A stretch of 63,956 bases of DNA, counting the filler, from Octopus bimaculoides (Eukaryota): the NCBI RefSeq assembly GCF_001194135.2. It is 9 parts of 9 records of this genome, joined end to end, with 100 filler letters (N's around TTAATTAATTAA, not from the genome) between each part and the next. Parts side by side here need not be neighbours in the genome. Positions count along the whole stretch, not along the records: positions 48,163 to 51,929 come from NC_068981.1; positions 52,030 to 56,329 come from NW_026349271.1; positions 56,430 to 58,901 come from NW_026409336.1; positions 59,002 to 62,398 come from NC_068984.1; positions 62,499 to 63,956 come from NC_068990.1; 4 more parts are not named here. One strand, given 5' to 3'. Position numbers and translations under genes: made by a program. Shown here piece by piece: positions 49,790-63,362 of the stretch (the stretch's first letter is position 1; every line of letters begins with the position of its first letter). The notes under the pieces are model-generated. The model did no database searches. It was given only the letters and a program-made list of their open reading frames with translations, and was not told the origin of the DNA.

Positions 49790-50888
49790 TGGAGTGTTGT
49801 CACCTGAGTAGTGCACTACAATAGAAAGTGTGTCTTCTTCACAAAGCTAGAATCCTAGAGCATGTGTTGAATAAGTGAAGACAGTTAGCGGCTTCATGTT
49901 CAGTAGACGAAACCGGTGGGCTCAATAACTCCATTGTAGTGTCACTTATGATTATAGAAGAAAATTTGGTGATATTTTCAAACACTGTACCTGGAGATAC
50001 AATTAACCTTACTTCTCTACAGTTCCAGAGCCTTCTTAACTCTTTCTTTATCTCTTTGTGTCTATATCTTTCCTTTTCCCTCACCTTGATGCCAAAAGGG
50101 CTGGTTACATCTATACCCATATAAGTTCTATTACCTCTCTGTAGCATAGCCACATCCAGTTCTTTGTTTGTCCTGATTTTTATGTCTCGACATGCAAGAA
50201 AATTGTTTGCTTTATCGAAAACAACTTTCATTGGTCTACGTTTATATCACTTTTCTTGCTGTTGTAGATTGTACGTATTACATAGTCGTCAATGCATAAC
50301 TGATGCTTATTTTGCCATATTTTTCGAGTCTCTATATTGTATCCGCACCAGGTTCTTACACTCTGATACCAGTAGGTCACAGTCTCCTATCTCACTACGT
50401 AACCGATGTAGTGGTGATGTGTATCCTCTTTAAGTATGTGTTTTCTGATTGTTCGTGTCGAACCGCTAAGTTACGGGAACGTAAACACACCAACACCGGT
50501 TGTCAAGCGATGGTGAGGGGACAAACACAAACACACAAACATATATATATATATATATATNNNNNNNNNNNNNNNNNNNNNNNNNNNNNNNNNNNNNNNN
50601 NNNNNNNNNNNNNNNNNNNNNNNNNNNNNNNNNNNNNNNNNNNNNNNNNNNNNNNNNNNNNNNNNNNNNNNNNNNNNNNNNNNNNNNNNNNNNNNNNNNN
50701 NNNNNNNNNNNNNNNNNNNNNNNNNNNNNNNNNNNNNNNNNNNNNNNNNNNNNNNNNNNNNNNNNNNNNNNNNNNNNNNNNNNNNNNNNNNNNNNNNNNN
50801 NNNNNNNNNNNNNNNNNNNNNNNNNNNNNNNNNNNNNNNNNNNNNNNNNNNNNNNNNNNNNNNNNNNNNNNNNNNNNNNNNNNNNNNN

Positions 50889-50951
<63 letters not shown>

Positions 50952-51565
50952 ATATATATAAATATATATATATATTCTTTTGGCATTTAATGTTACTTCT
51001 AATGTCAGTACCCTCAACATTTTTTCTTTACTCTCTGACACGCACTTGTTTGTACACACAGCGTTCCTTCTTCCATTACAAAACAATCTTCTACGCTTAT
51101 CACGCCTCTTCCACTACCATTGCGTGTGTTCTATACAATCTATGAATGCCACCTTTTTTCTTATGGAACATATTAGATATCGTCAACAGCTTTTCAATTT
51201 TTCTATCAATATTCTGTAGTTTCTGGGTGTTCCAGCCACTGATGCTTGCACTGTATCCGATGATTGGGACAGTACGTGAGTAGATAGTCGTGATAACATT
51301 TTTAGTGTTCAGCTGGGAGTTATATATCTTCTTGGGCTTACTTATGCATTCCTTTTACAATTTGTTTGGTTTTCTTTTTCTACATTATCAGTTTTCCACA
51401 ATTTGTAATTACTTATACTCGGTTTCCTTGTCAATTTACTTTATATCCTCACCTGCCGGGAGCTCAGTTTCTCATATCTCACAAAATTTGCTTCTCTTCA
51501 TGAAAAGGGTACAACACTCAATAACACAGAATACAGTTCTCATAGCTTCACCGAATGTACGTATG
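49790..51565 (-). mobile_element. Second R4/Dong-like element, old and 5'-truncated, interrupted by SINE-A, gap and microsatellite
   Basis: MKRSK..IDKETEYK; QLNTKNVIT..VPIIGY..IDRKIEKLLT; HRLY..GRGVISVEDC; LVSECKNL; IDVTSPF..KELRRLW (RLE). 5' edge abuts (AAT)n. Confidence 0.78.
50445..50535 (-). mobile_element. SINE-A fragment
   Basis: gaaccgctaagttacgggaacgtaaacacaccaacaccggttgtcaagcg. Confidence 0.85.
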
Positions 51566-51574
51566 CTGTTCATC

Positions 51575-51608
51575 ATCATCATAAACATTATTATTATTAT
51601 TATTATTA

Positions 51609-51642
<34 letters not shown>

Positions 51643-51646
51643 CATT

Positions 51647-51683
<37 letters not shown>

Positions 51684-51950
51684 TGTAGTTGTTGTTATTA
51701 CTGGTGTTGTTGTTCTTGATGATGGTGTTATATAAAGGAATTTACATACACGCACGCAGATACAGAGACATACAACACTTCCTATATATATACATACATA
51801 TATGTATGTATATATATATGTATGTATATATGTATGTATATTTATGTATGTATGTATATATGTATGTATATACGTATGTATATATGTATGTATATATGTA
51901 TGTATGTATATATGTATGTATGTATATATNNNNNNNNNNNNNNNNNNNNN
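51575..51950. repeat. (ATT)n(GTT)n and (TATG)n microsatellites
   Basis: Direct. Confidence 0.9.
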
Positions 51951-52852
51951 NNNNNNNNNNNNNNNNNNNNNNNTTAATTAATTAANNNNNNNNNNNNNNN
52001 NNNNNNNNNNNNNNNNNNNNNNNNNNNNNATGCGTGTGTATATTTATATATTTTTTCATATGCACACAACATCTGTGCGCGCGTTACTATATCATATATC
52101 AGTATTCATGTACATACACAAATATACACATGCGCATACACACACACACACACACACAAACATATATATACACCCCCGACACATATAAAGTGTTCATCAG
52201 CATCATAAACTACCACCGCCAGCGCCAACACTACCAACATGAACAAAAATACAAATACCTTAACAAAAAATATATCTTCTATAACGTGCTTCATCTTTCT
52301 TTCAGTCCTCCATTTTCCATTCTTTTTTCTTGAAAAAACATCAGAAATTCTCCATTGTTAAATGGAAGCGATGTCATGTTATTCAAAACTGTATTCGAAA
52401 AATTCACACAGTTGAAGATGCATGCAAAAGAATGTAATCTTAACTCTTTAATTGAGGCAACAATACATTTTCTTTATGCTTATTTGTATTCTTTTCTTTC
52501 TGCTACAATTTATCATTCATTTCAATTTATTTAGTTTACGTTACTTCTTTGCAGACCACGTGACGACTTGCCGCCTTTACTGCTTCCCTAAAGCAGCCAT
52601 ATTTCTTTCTTAACTTTTCATACGTATAATATATTTTAATTTTTGTTGCAGTCACTTCTTTTTGGTTCTTAACCATGAAATTAACTTTTCTTTACAACAT
52701 TTAATACCTGTAGCTTTCCAAGACCATTTTTCAATAGAATATTGCTTTAAGAATTGCTACCTGATTTTTCTTACAAAAACACTGATAATCATTGAAAAAT
52801 TTTCTGATTACTGTCAGTTTGTCTGTCTGCCCATCTATCTATCTATCTATAC

Positions 52853-52894
<42 letters not shown>

Positions 52895-52904
52895 NNNNNN
52901 NNNN

Positions 52905-53113
52905 ATGGTAGAAGACACTTTTCCAAGGTGCCACGCAGTGGGACTGAACTCAGAACCATGTGGTTGGGAAGGAAGCTTCTTACCACACAGCCATGACTGC
53001 GCCTGTATATTTATGATATATATATACATATATGTATGCATGTGTATCTGCCTCTTTGTGTCTGTATTTGTCCTTCATCACTATTTGACAACCGGTGATG
53101 GTGTGTTTACGTC
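52905..53113 (-). mobile_element. SINE-A head (minus) plus adjacent plus-strand body fragment
   Basis: gtagaagacact..ccaaggtgccacgcagtgggactgaac..accacacagcc; then ttgacaaccggtgatggtgtgtttacgtcc. Confidence 0.8.
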
Positions 53114-53164
53114 CTTTAAAAATGCAAGTGCTATTGTTGATTCGTATAATAATAATAATAATAA

Positions 53165-53246
53165 TGATAACATCGAGAAATACGTTAGGAATGAGAGCAA
53201 CAAACAAGATGAGGACAAATATTCGCCAAATGTAAATAATGTAAAT
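53165..53246 (+). mobile_element. SINE-D 3' fragment lacking the hammerhead-like segment
   Basis: catcgagaaatacgttaggaatgaga joined to gcaacaaacaagatgaggacaaatat..aaatgtaaataatgta. Confidence 0.75.
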
Positions 53247-55263
53247 GATGTAGAACTGGAATAACAAGAACAGACACTAATGGTCACTAAGAACACCGTC
53301 ACCATTTCCACCAGTGTCCAGAGAATCAACAACAACAACGGCAACGCCAATGACATTTGCGGCTGAACCACCAACAACACTGCCGACAACGTCAGTAGTA
53401 GCCATAACAACAACAACAATATCTGGTACCACTATGCGTCTCACCACCACCACCACCACTACAACCACCACCACTACCTCCACCGCCACCACCACCACCA
53501 NNNNNNNNNNNNNNNNNNNNNNNNNNNNNNNNNNNNNNNNNNNNNNNNNNNNNNNNNNNNNNNNNNNNNNNNNNNNNNNNNNNNNNNNNNNNNNNNNNNN
53601 NNNNNNNNNNNNNNNNNNNNNNNNNNNNNNNNNNNNNNNNNNNNNNNNNNNNNNNNNNNNNNNNNNNNNNNNNNNNNNNNNNNNNNNNNNNNNNNNNNNN
53701 NNNNNNNNNNNNNNNNNNNNNNNNNNNNNNNNNNNNNNNNNNNNNNNNNNNNNNNNNNNNNNNNNNNNNNNNNNNNNNNNNNNNNNNNNNNNNNNNNNNN
53801 NNNNNNNNNNNNNNNNNNNNNNNNNNNNNNNNNNNNNNNNNNNNNNNNNNNNNNNNNNNNNNNNNNNNNNNNNNNNNNNNNNNNNNNNNNNNNNNNNNNN
53901 NNNNNNNNNNNNNNNNNNNNNNNNNNNNNNNNNNNNNNNNNNNNNNNNNNNNNNNNNNNNNNNNNNNNNNNNNNNNNNNNNNNNNNNNNNNNNNNNNNNN
54001 NNNNNNNNNNNNNNNNNNNNNNNNNNNNNNNNNNNNNNNNNNNNNNNNNNNNNNNNNNNNNNNNNNNNNNNNNNNNNNNNNNNNNNNNNNNNNNNNNNNN
54101 NNNNNNNNNNNNNNNNNNNNNNNNNNNNNNNNNNNNNNNNNNNNNNNNNNNNNNNNNNNNNNNNNNNNNNNNNNNNNNNNNNNNNNNNNNNNNNNNNNNN
54201 NNNNNNNNNNNNNNNNNNNNNNNNNNNNNNNNNNNNNNNNNNNNNNNNNNNNNNNNNNNNNNNNNNNNNNNNNNNNNNNNNNNNNNNNNNNNNNNNNNNN
54301 NNNNNNNNNNNNNNNNNNNNNNNNNNNNNNNNNNNNNNNNNNNNNNNNNNNNNNNNNNNNNNNNNNNNNNNNNNNNNNNNNNNNNNNNNNNNNNNNNNNN
54401 NNNNNNNNNNNNNNNNNNNNNNNNNNNNNNNNNNNNNNNNNNNNNNNNNNNNNNNNNNNNNNNNNNNNNTGTGTGTGTTTATATGTATGCATATATATAT
54501 GTGTGTATGTTTATATGTATGTATGCATATATATGTATATATGTATGTATGCATGTATGTATGTATGTATGTATGTATGTATGTGCGGATGTATGAATGC
54601 ATGTATGTATGTATGTATTCGAAATAGTTTCACTTCATTCCCCCGATGATTGTTGATCAACTTAAGCGTTTGTCAAAATTTCCCCAAAGCGCGGGAAAGA
54701 ACAAACATTTTATATTTTACTCAATACAACCTTCCCTAAAATCGATATTTCACATTCTCTGCTTCACTATAACTTTCTGTTCATCAACGGAAGTTGCCAC
54801 AATGACAATAACCTTCAAAGGACCAATTTCTTAGTTCGATATCAATATATGTTCAATAGCTTTTAACTAGCCAGAACTTGCTAGTTTTAGAATTCGATAC
54901 GTGAATGATCAATAGAAGAAAATACGTTTCAGCACAAAAGTGTTTTATGCGTGGCATGTCTATAGATTTTTCATTTCTTTCATTCAACAATTAATTATAT
55001 AATATGTGTGTGTGCCCGCGCGCGTGTGTGAGTCTGTGTGTGTGGAGGTTGTAATGAAGATGTATGGTTCGCAGAAACAATGTAGAAAGCACTCGGTATG
55101 ATGAATTGTATTTACAATAGATATTGAGAACTTCAACAAAACACGAACTTATTCGAACTTGTGGAATGTATGCAATATATGTTCCAAAAGCGAAATTTAT
55201 GTATGGATCTGTGTATGTATGTATAGGTACAAGCAAATGGTTATATAACACACACACACGTAC

Positions 55264-55295
<32 letters not shown>

Positions 55296-56081
55296 NNNNN
55301 NNNNNNNNNNNNNNNNNNNNNNNNNNNNNNNNNNNNNNNNNNNNNNNNNNNNNNNNNNNNNNNNNNNNNNNNNNNNNNNNNNNNNNNNNNNNNNNNNNNN
55401 NNNNNNNNNNNNNNNNNNNNNNNNNNNNNNNNNNNNNNNNNNNNNNNNNNNNNNNNNNNNNNNNNNNNNNNNNNNNNNNNNNNNNNNNNNNNNNNNNNNN
55501 NNNNNNNNNNNNNNNNNNNNNNNNNNNNNNNNNNNNNNNNNNNNNNNNNNNNNNNNNNNNNNNNNNNNNNNNNNNNNNNNNNNNNNNNNNNNNNNNNNNN
55601 NNNNNNNNNNNNNNNNNNNNNNNNNNNNNNNNNNNNNNNNNNNNNNNNNNNNNNNNNNNNNNNNNNNNNNNNNNNNNNNNNNNNNNNNNNNNNNNNNNNN
55701 NNNNNNNNNNNNNNNNNNNNNNNNNNNNNNNNNNNNNNNNNNNNNNNNNNNNNNNNNNNNNNNNNNNNNNNNNNNNNNNNNNNNNNNNNNNNNNNNNNNN
55801 NNNNNNNNNNNNNNNNNNNNNNNNNNNNNNNNNNNNNNNNNNNNNNNNNNNNNNNNNNNNNNNNNNNNNNNNNNNNNNNNNNNNNNNNNNNNNNNNNNNN
55901 NNNNNNNNNNNNNNNNNNNNNNNNNNNNNNNNNNNNNNNNNNNNNNNNNNNNNNNNNNNNNNNNNNNNNNNNNNNNNNNNNNNNNNNNNNNNNNNNNNNN
56001 NNNNNNNNNNNNNNNNNNNNNNNNNNNNNNNNNNNNNNNNNNNNNNNNNNNNNNNNNNNNNNNNNNNNNNNNNNNNNNNNN

Positions 56082-56144
<63 letters not shown>

Positions 56145-56430
56145 TATATACATGTATACTGGTGTACTTGTGTATGTGTGTGCAAGCATCGTTATTCATA
56201 GATATGAATGTGAATATGTTTACAATAGCATGTTCGTGCGTGCGTGCATATGTTTATAAAATCAAGCGTGGGTGGAAACCGGTATGACCGCCTACACACA
56301 GACACACACACACACACGCACTTACACACNNNNNNNNNNNNNNNNNNNNNNNNNNNNNNNNNNNNNNNNNNNNTTAATTAATTAANNNNNNNNNNNNNNN
56401 NNNNNNNNNNNNNNNNNNNNNNNNNNNNNT

Positions 56431-56685
56431 CAACATCCTTAAACAAACCTTATTCAGGGACCTTTTGAGCGGGATGGGCTATCCGACCTGAAGAAAATTC
56501 TAACTGGGCCCCACCAGTGAGGTCATGCGCTGTTTATCTTGATATGAGATCACCATGTCGCGCACATATGGTTGTGATGCATGCGCTTGGTGTACCCTTA
56601 TCAGACGGGTAGTCATTATGGGTATAATGGACTTCGTATATTTTACCCCAGTGTCAATTTGATGGCATGCACTGCTCTCTCACTC

Positions 56686-56730
<45 letters not shown>
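56431..56730 (+). mobile_element. 3' end of a retroelement with (AAT)n tail, unclassified
   Basis: GC-richer 255-bp block ending ctctctcactc(aat)n; left end in gap. Confidence 0.55.
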
Positions 56731-56731
<1 letters not shown>

Positions 56732-56746
56732 GTAATAATAATAATA

Positions 56747-56784
<38 letters not shown>

Positions 56785-56794
56785 CCTTTCAGCT

Positions 56795-56960
56795 GTAGGC
56801 ACAAGACCTGAGATTTTCGTGGAGGGATAGGCTAATCAATTATACAACCCCATTGCATAACTGGTACTTGTTTTATCGACCTCGAAATAATGAAAGGCAA
56901 AGTCAGAACGTAAAGACAGGCGAAATGCCGCTAAGCATTTTTTGCCCGATGAATTAACGA
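56795..56960 (-). mobile_element. SINE-B copy, internally deleted
   Basis: ggcacaagacctgaga...ttatcgacctcgaaataatgaaaggcaaagtc|agaacg. Confidence 0.78.
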
Positions 56961-56988
56961 TACACCAATAATAGTAAATGTGTGTGTC

Positions 56989-57031
<43 letters not shown>

Positions 57032-57399
57032 TGTGTGTGTGTGTATAAAACAAATCTACCTCTTTCTATATGTATATATTTATAGACATATGCATATATA
57101 TATATATATGTGCGTGTGTGTGTGCTTGCGTATGTGAGTGTGGTCGTGGGTGCGTATGTGTGTCTGTATGTCTTTCTCCGTCTGTATTTGTTCCCATCCC
57201 CAACGCTTCGCAACGGGTGTTTGTATATTTACGTTCATGTAAACTAGTTTTTATGCAAAAGATGAAGTTACTACCTAGTTTAAAAAGAAAAAAAAAGGAA
57301 AGAAAACGTGTACTAGTCTCGAATTGTTCTACTACAATTCTTGAAGGTTGTGACTTACCATAACCGCAATTACATTACAGAAATATGTAAAATATACAC

Positions 57400-58258
57400 A
57401 TACGTACATACATACATACATACATANNNNNNNNNNNNNNNNNNNNNNNNNNNNNNNNNNNNNNNNNNNNNNNNNNNNNNNNNNNNNNNNNNNNNNNNNN
57501 NNNNNNNNNNNNNNNNNNNNNNNNNNNNNNNNNNNNNNNNNNNNNNNNNNNNNNNNNNNNNNNNNNNNNNNNNNNNNNNNNNNNNNNNNNNNNNNNNNNN
57601 NNNNNNNNNNNNNNNNNNNNNNNNNNNNNNNNNNNNNNNNNNNNNNNNNNNNNNNNNNNNNNNNNNNNNNNNNNNNNNNNNNNNNNNNNNNNNNNNNNNN
57701 NNNNNNNNNNNNNNNNNNNNNNNNNNNNNNNNNNNNNNNNNNNNNNNNNNNNNNNNATACACACACATACAAACACACATACATACATACACACATACAT
57801 ATACACACATACATACATACATACATACATACATACATTCATACATACATACACACATACATACATACATACATACATACATACATAATACATACATGCA
57901 TTCATACATACATACACACATACATACATACATACATACATACATACATACGTACATACATACATACATACATATATACATACAAACGTACATACATACA
58001 TACATACATACTTACATACATACATACATACGTACATACATTCATACATACATTCATACACACATACATACATACATACATACATACATACATACATACA
58101 TACATACATACCTATTTACTTTCTTACCTACGTACGTAAATATACAATTTTATTTTGTTGGCTTTATGTGACTTCGTGCGTGTAGATTCTAACATGTATC
58201 CTACCTACAGGCTTTTTTTACACCTCCTCTATATATACATGTACATAACTGTGTGTGA

Positions 58259-58314
<56 letters not shown>

Positions 58315-58358
58315 NNNNNNNNNNNNNNNNNNNNNNNNNNNNNNNNNNNNNNNNNNNN

Positions 58359-58389
<31 letters not shown>

Positions 58390-58420
58390 ATATAAAAAAG
58401 GATTGATGTATATGTATATA
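57400..58420. repeat. (TACA)n/(TA)n microsatellite field with gaps
   Basis: Direct. Confidence 0.9.
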
Positions 58421-58856
58421 CAAAAGAGACCACTAAGTGAACCGCTAATGTGCTAGAAGAAGATCACTTAAAAATTCTCATATACAATAATCCTTTTGAG
58501 ATCTCAGAAAATTTTTCTGAATCTTCTGATTCTTTTAATGTGCTGGTTTCCTGATACTAAATTGATGTTAATTAATATCAAATGTTTACCCTATTATGTT
58601 AATTATATATATATATACCCATATACATATATGCATTCATGTATATGTACATATTCATAGTTATAAATATACATATATTTATATACCTATACACCTATAC
58701 GCATCTACATATGTATGCCTGAATGTATGTAAGTGTGTATATATTTATGTATATAAGTATTCATGTATGTATGTATGTATATTTTTAAGGTATTTATATC
58801 TATATATTAAATACATGTCTATAAATATATACATATAGAATGAGGTAGATTTGTTT

Positions 58857-58901
<45 letters not shown>

Positions 58902-59071
58902 NNNNNNNNNNNNNNNNNNNNNNNNNNNNNNNNNNNNNNNNNNNNTTAATTAATTAANNNNNNNNNNNNNNNNNNNNNNNNNNNNNNNNNNNNNNNNNNN
59001 NTATATATATATATATATATATATATGTACATACATACATATATGTATACAAATAACAAATATATATGCTA

Positions 59072-59110
<39 letters not shown>

Positions 59111-60171
59111 CATGTGTGTATGTATACACGTACACGCACAGACACATGTACATATGAATAGCTGTCTTATGCTTCATATAAAATATAATACACATACACA
59201 CATATATACATATTTACATACATTCATACATACATCCATACATACATGCACTCACACACGCACAAGCAAGTATTTATACACAGGTATAACAGAGTATAAG
59301 TGTGAAACGCTGTATTTATAGATCTGTTTGTCGTAAATATAAATACTAACAAATTTGAAAGACATCGTTCTCCAATTATTTAAACTTGGCTTTCCTTTAA
59401 TGCTTCCTAGCGTTTAATTTATTTTCATACAACATAATGATTGTCGATGACATCGAATATTTGGATTCTATAGAAACATAACATTCGTTTCTTTTGTAAA
59501 TCTTGATTACTTATAAAAGAAAAATAATGTTCAGTTTTCAAAATATCATTTCCATAAAGTTTATTTAAAGATTTAATGGCTTTAGGAATATTGGTGGTAA
59601 CTTTAAATTTCATTTTTAGAACATTAATAGCATGAGTGACATTATATATTTCTGTGTATTTCATTTTTATATGAACATTATGAATACTATGATTTAAAGA
59701 GACACGTATCGTTGAATCATTTTAATTCTTAATGTAAGGCAGTTTATCATTTATCTGAGAATGATTTATAATGCGCTACATTATGTATATGTAAAAGATA
59801 AATTATCTGTCGTCATTCTGGTTTATATATTATTTTAAGTTAATGCAATTTCATTTTAACAAAATCCATATCTCAAGGAGTAAGGTAGTATATGCACAGC
59901 AATATTTTAATACGTAGATGACCTAATGGCACATAACTCCTCGTGTATTACATGTGTCTGTTGACCTCTCTGTGGGAGGACCTTCAATTTTGAGAGTGAT
60001 TTATTATTCAGAATATATTTCCTTCTTTAGTCGGAATATCTTAGACCAATGTAAATCCAATACGTTTTCTTTGCGCCATTACTGAAGTCCTATGTTCTGG
60101 AAAGCTATTAAAGTATCAAAGAAATATTCCCGTCATGATTTCAGATGAATCTGTCTTTATAATTTATTTTT

Positions 60172-60530
60172 TGCTTGTTCCAGTCACTGGAATGTGGTTA
60201 TACTAAAGCAGCACCTTGAAGTATTCTAACAAAACAAATCAATCCCAGTACTTATTCTATTTGTTTCTTTGGCTGAACCGCTAAGTTATGGGGACGTAAA
60301 CATAACAACGCTTAGTGTCAAGCGATTGGAAGGACAAACACAAAGGCATACACACGTATATGTACACACCACGAGCTTCCATACAGCTTCTGTCTACGAA
60401 ATCCCTTTATAAGGCATTGGTCGGCCTGAGGCTAAAGTAGGGGAAACTTCACTTGGGCACCAATGTACCTCATTATAGGACTGAACCCAAACATGTGTGG
60501 TCACAAAGCGAGCTACTTGAGGCCATAGAT
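60172..60530 (-). mobile_element. SINE-A copy (old)
   Basis: gaaccgctaagttatggggacgtaaac...aaggcattggtcggcctgaggct...ggactgaaccc. Confidence 0.8.
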
Positions 60531-61009
60531 ATGCTTGCATCTATCAGCAAGCGATTTAATAAAATCCTACACATTTTTATCACAATGTTTGTGATTAATA
60601 GTTCCCTCGCTTTATCCTAAACCTTGGCTTTTAATGATAAAAAAGAAAAACTTACGCATATCCATCATGTCTTTGTCCATTAAATGAGACATATTTTGAA
60701 GTGATTTCATCTTCAACAGCCATCTTTCACCTGTATATCATTCAAATGCACTATATCCTTTCAAGCCATATGTAACACTACCAGATGACACATCTATTCA
60801 TGCTATCTTATCACAAACAGCATCCATTACTAACATTAACAATCTCATATAGATCTTTATGTATTTTATTAAATACACAATAAATATTTTGTAATAATTT
60901 GGGAAAACTTACTAGCATACACCTACAAAATCGGATATTACTCCATCTAAATCTGTCATAACTGCAAAGTTAACATTCTATCGAATTGATAGAATTTCTA
61001 TTTTAGGCA

Positions 61010-61185
61010 AAGTCTACGTCAGCGAAATTTTTCACATTCTGAGTTCAAATTCCGCCGGGGTCGACTTTGCCTTTCATCTTTTCGGGGTCGATAATATAAG
61101 TAACAGTTGCGCACTGGGGTCGATGTAATCGACGAGCCCCCTCCCCTACAAATATCAGGCCTTGTGCCTATTGTAGAAAGGATTT
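61010..61185 (+). mobile_element. SINE-B copy
   Basis: gagttcaaattccgccggggtcgactttgcctttcatcttttcggggtcgataa. Confidence 0.88.
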
Positions 61186-61227
61186 TAGGGCTAAAAATAT
61201 TTTATACCACAGGAGGCTGAATGATGG

Positions 61228-61435
61228 TTTCCAATTATGACACAAGGTCAACAATTTTGAGGGGGAAATTTTGTCGATTACAGCTGCCTCAGCATTTAAG
61301 TGGTATTTTATTTTAACGGTCCTAGAAAGGCTGTAAATCAAAGTTGACCTCGGCGAAAGTTTAATTCAGAATGTAAAGAGCTTGATGAAATACCGTAAAG
61401 CAGATTGTTCGACGCACTAAAGATTAAGTCAGCTC
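61228..61435 (-). mobile_element. SINE-B copy (old), tail-to-tail with previous
   Basis: gacacaaggtcaacaattttgaggggg..gtcgatt..caaagttgacctcggcg. Confidence 0.75.
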
Positions 61436-61594
61436 TATAGTAGGCTAATGATAAAACCTCCCAAAGTAACTCCATAGCGTATATGCTTTCTCACCAAAAT
61501 ACTAGATTTTTGTAAATCAATTTAAGCAGTAAAATCTAGAAAGCTAGATACTTTCAGTCGAATTATATTATTTGTAAATGCAGTGAATCGTGTA

Positions 61595-61935
61595 TACAAG
61601 GTGTTCTGACTAAATTTGACAGTTCAGTTTGCATAAAAGGAAAAAGAACAGAATAACCCATCCAAAAATATCTCAACTAGATTTCGGCTGGGCGGTAACA
61701 GTTTATTCCAAGTAACCGTCATCTCCTTCCATCACGGCCTCAAGAGAACTCCGGAACGTGGTGCATGCGTTCCTCACTGCGTCCGTGGGAAGATCTTCGA
61801 ACCTCCTCCTTTATCTTGGCCTTGATGTTGCAGACAGAGTGGCTGGAGTCTTTCTCAACTGCGCCCCACGTATAGAAATCCAAGATTGAAGGAATTACGA
61901 GGCCAAAAATTGGAGGTTGATGAAGTTGTATAAAT
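61595..61935 (-). pseudogene. Tc1/mariner-superfamily transposase C-terminal remnant
   Basis: Minus: FWPRNS..WGAVEKDS..KIKE.FEDLPTDAVRNACTTFRSSLEAVMEGDDGYLE* (WP.SPD-like motif, typical C-terminus). Confidence 0.75.
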
Positions 61936-63060
61936 TAACTACCAACAAAAGTAATTGGTAAGCTAACTCAAAAAATCATCACCAAAATAGCAGAAAAAAA
62001 CGACAATGAAGGTATGCAGACTCTTCAAGAATCGATCCTTTTGGTTATATTAATAATAATAAAGGAGTTACGACGCAAAAACGTATATATTCAAATGAAC
62101 ATATTTATCTTCTTCAATATATATTTCAGTATAAAGAATTCATTAAGAGACTTTATAAATCAAAATTTCTTTACACATCATTCAGGAATAAATATAACAT
62201 CAGAAAAAATACATTCGGTTTAAAAACACAAACCGTTCATGGCGAAAACATTTCACAACAATGCACTATAATATAAACGATGTTGTAATTTAAATTACAA
62301 CATCGTTTGTATTACCGTGCATTGTTGTGTCATTCAAAACATTTAATTCTTTACAAACAATACACAATGCTTCAAGCGAACTATAATACTCTCCTATANN
62401 NNNNNNNNNNNNNNNNNNNNNNNNNNNNNNNNNNNNNNNNNNTTAATTAATTAANNNNNNNNNNNNNNNNNNNNNNNNNNNNNNNNNNNNNNNNNNNNCT
62501 AGCATAGTCGAATTTACTACTGGAATATCATACCGATGAAGGAAATTGAGTATTATCACTCATAATCCAGAAACGCGTCTATGATTAACTTTAAATGGTT
62601 AGTTTTCATTGTTTTTTCTTCTTGTTTTTGCCTTTGTGAGTTACAAGTAATGCTATCTGTTGGAGTGTCAGCTTTTTTAGCTGCTATTTCTGAACTTCGG
62701 TATGTGGTGAAGCAAATGCTTGCTGATCCCTTAATTATGTTTATATATATATATATATATATATATTAGGTAAGTTGAGATATGTTTGTCACATATTCCA
62801 ACTCCTAAAAGGCAAATACACTGCTGTTACTGTGGAGAATATATCTCTCTTATGGCAAAAAAGGTATGAAAACCCACAGTTCGTTCAGTGTCACCCTTTG
62901 TTAGGAGTCTCAGACATCGATGTTTGAAGCTTCGTGACTATTTTCGAGGAGATGTACCCATGAGTGGCATCTCTGAACAAACTTATATAGCCGTAACTTT
63001 ATGTATAAATCAGTCAACACATTGACTGATTTGCGCTACTAAATCACCGACAGAGGGAAA

Positions 63061-63287
63061 ATAGCGAAGTGTTAGCTCTAAGCAGTGTTTAGATTTGAGC
63101 AGAATTAGGTAAACGCCACTGAACGAACCAAATGTTTTCACACCTTTTTATCACAAGAAATATATATTTTCCACGGTAACTGCAATGTATTTGCCTTTTG
63201 GCAGTTGCAATGTGTGATAAACATACTTCAACTAACCTAAACCCTGCTCGTACCTAAGCACACTGCTTGCTGCTAACACTTCGTTAT
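63061..63287. mobile_element. Fold-back MITE with ~50-bp imperfect TIRs
   Basis: atagcgaagtgttagc..aagcagtgt..gagcag..ttaggt (63061-110) vs inverse at 63235-287. Confidence 0.7.
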
Positions 63288-63362
63288 ATATATGCTGGAG
63301 CACCGCCTTTACTCGAACAAATCTACCCCAGGACTTATTCTTTGTAAGCCTANNNNNNNNNN

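Noticed and set aside
53314-54627. Mucin-like Thr-rich 437-aa ORF
   Set aside because: (ACC/AAC)n low complexity followed by ~970 N.
59425-59664. 79-aa ORF MKYTEIYNV...
   Set aside because: AT-rich short ORF with no recognisable motif.
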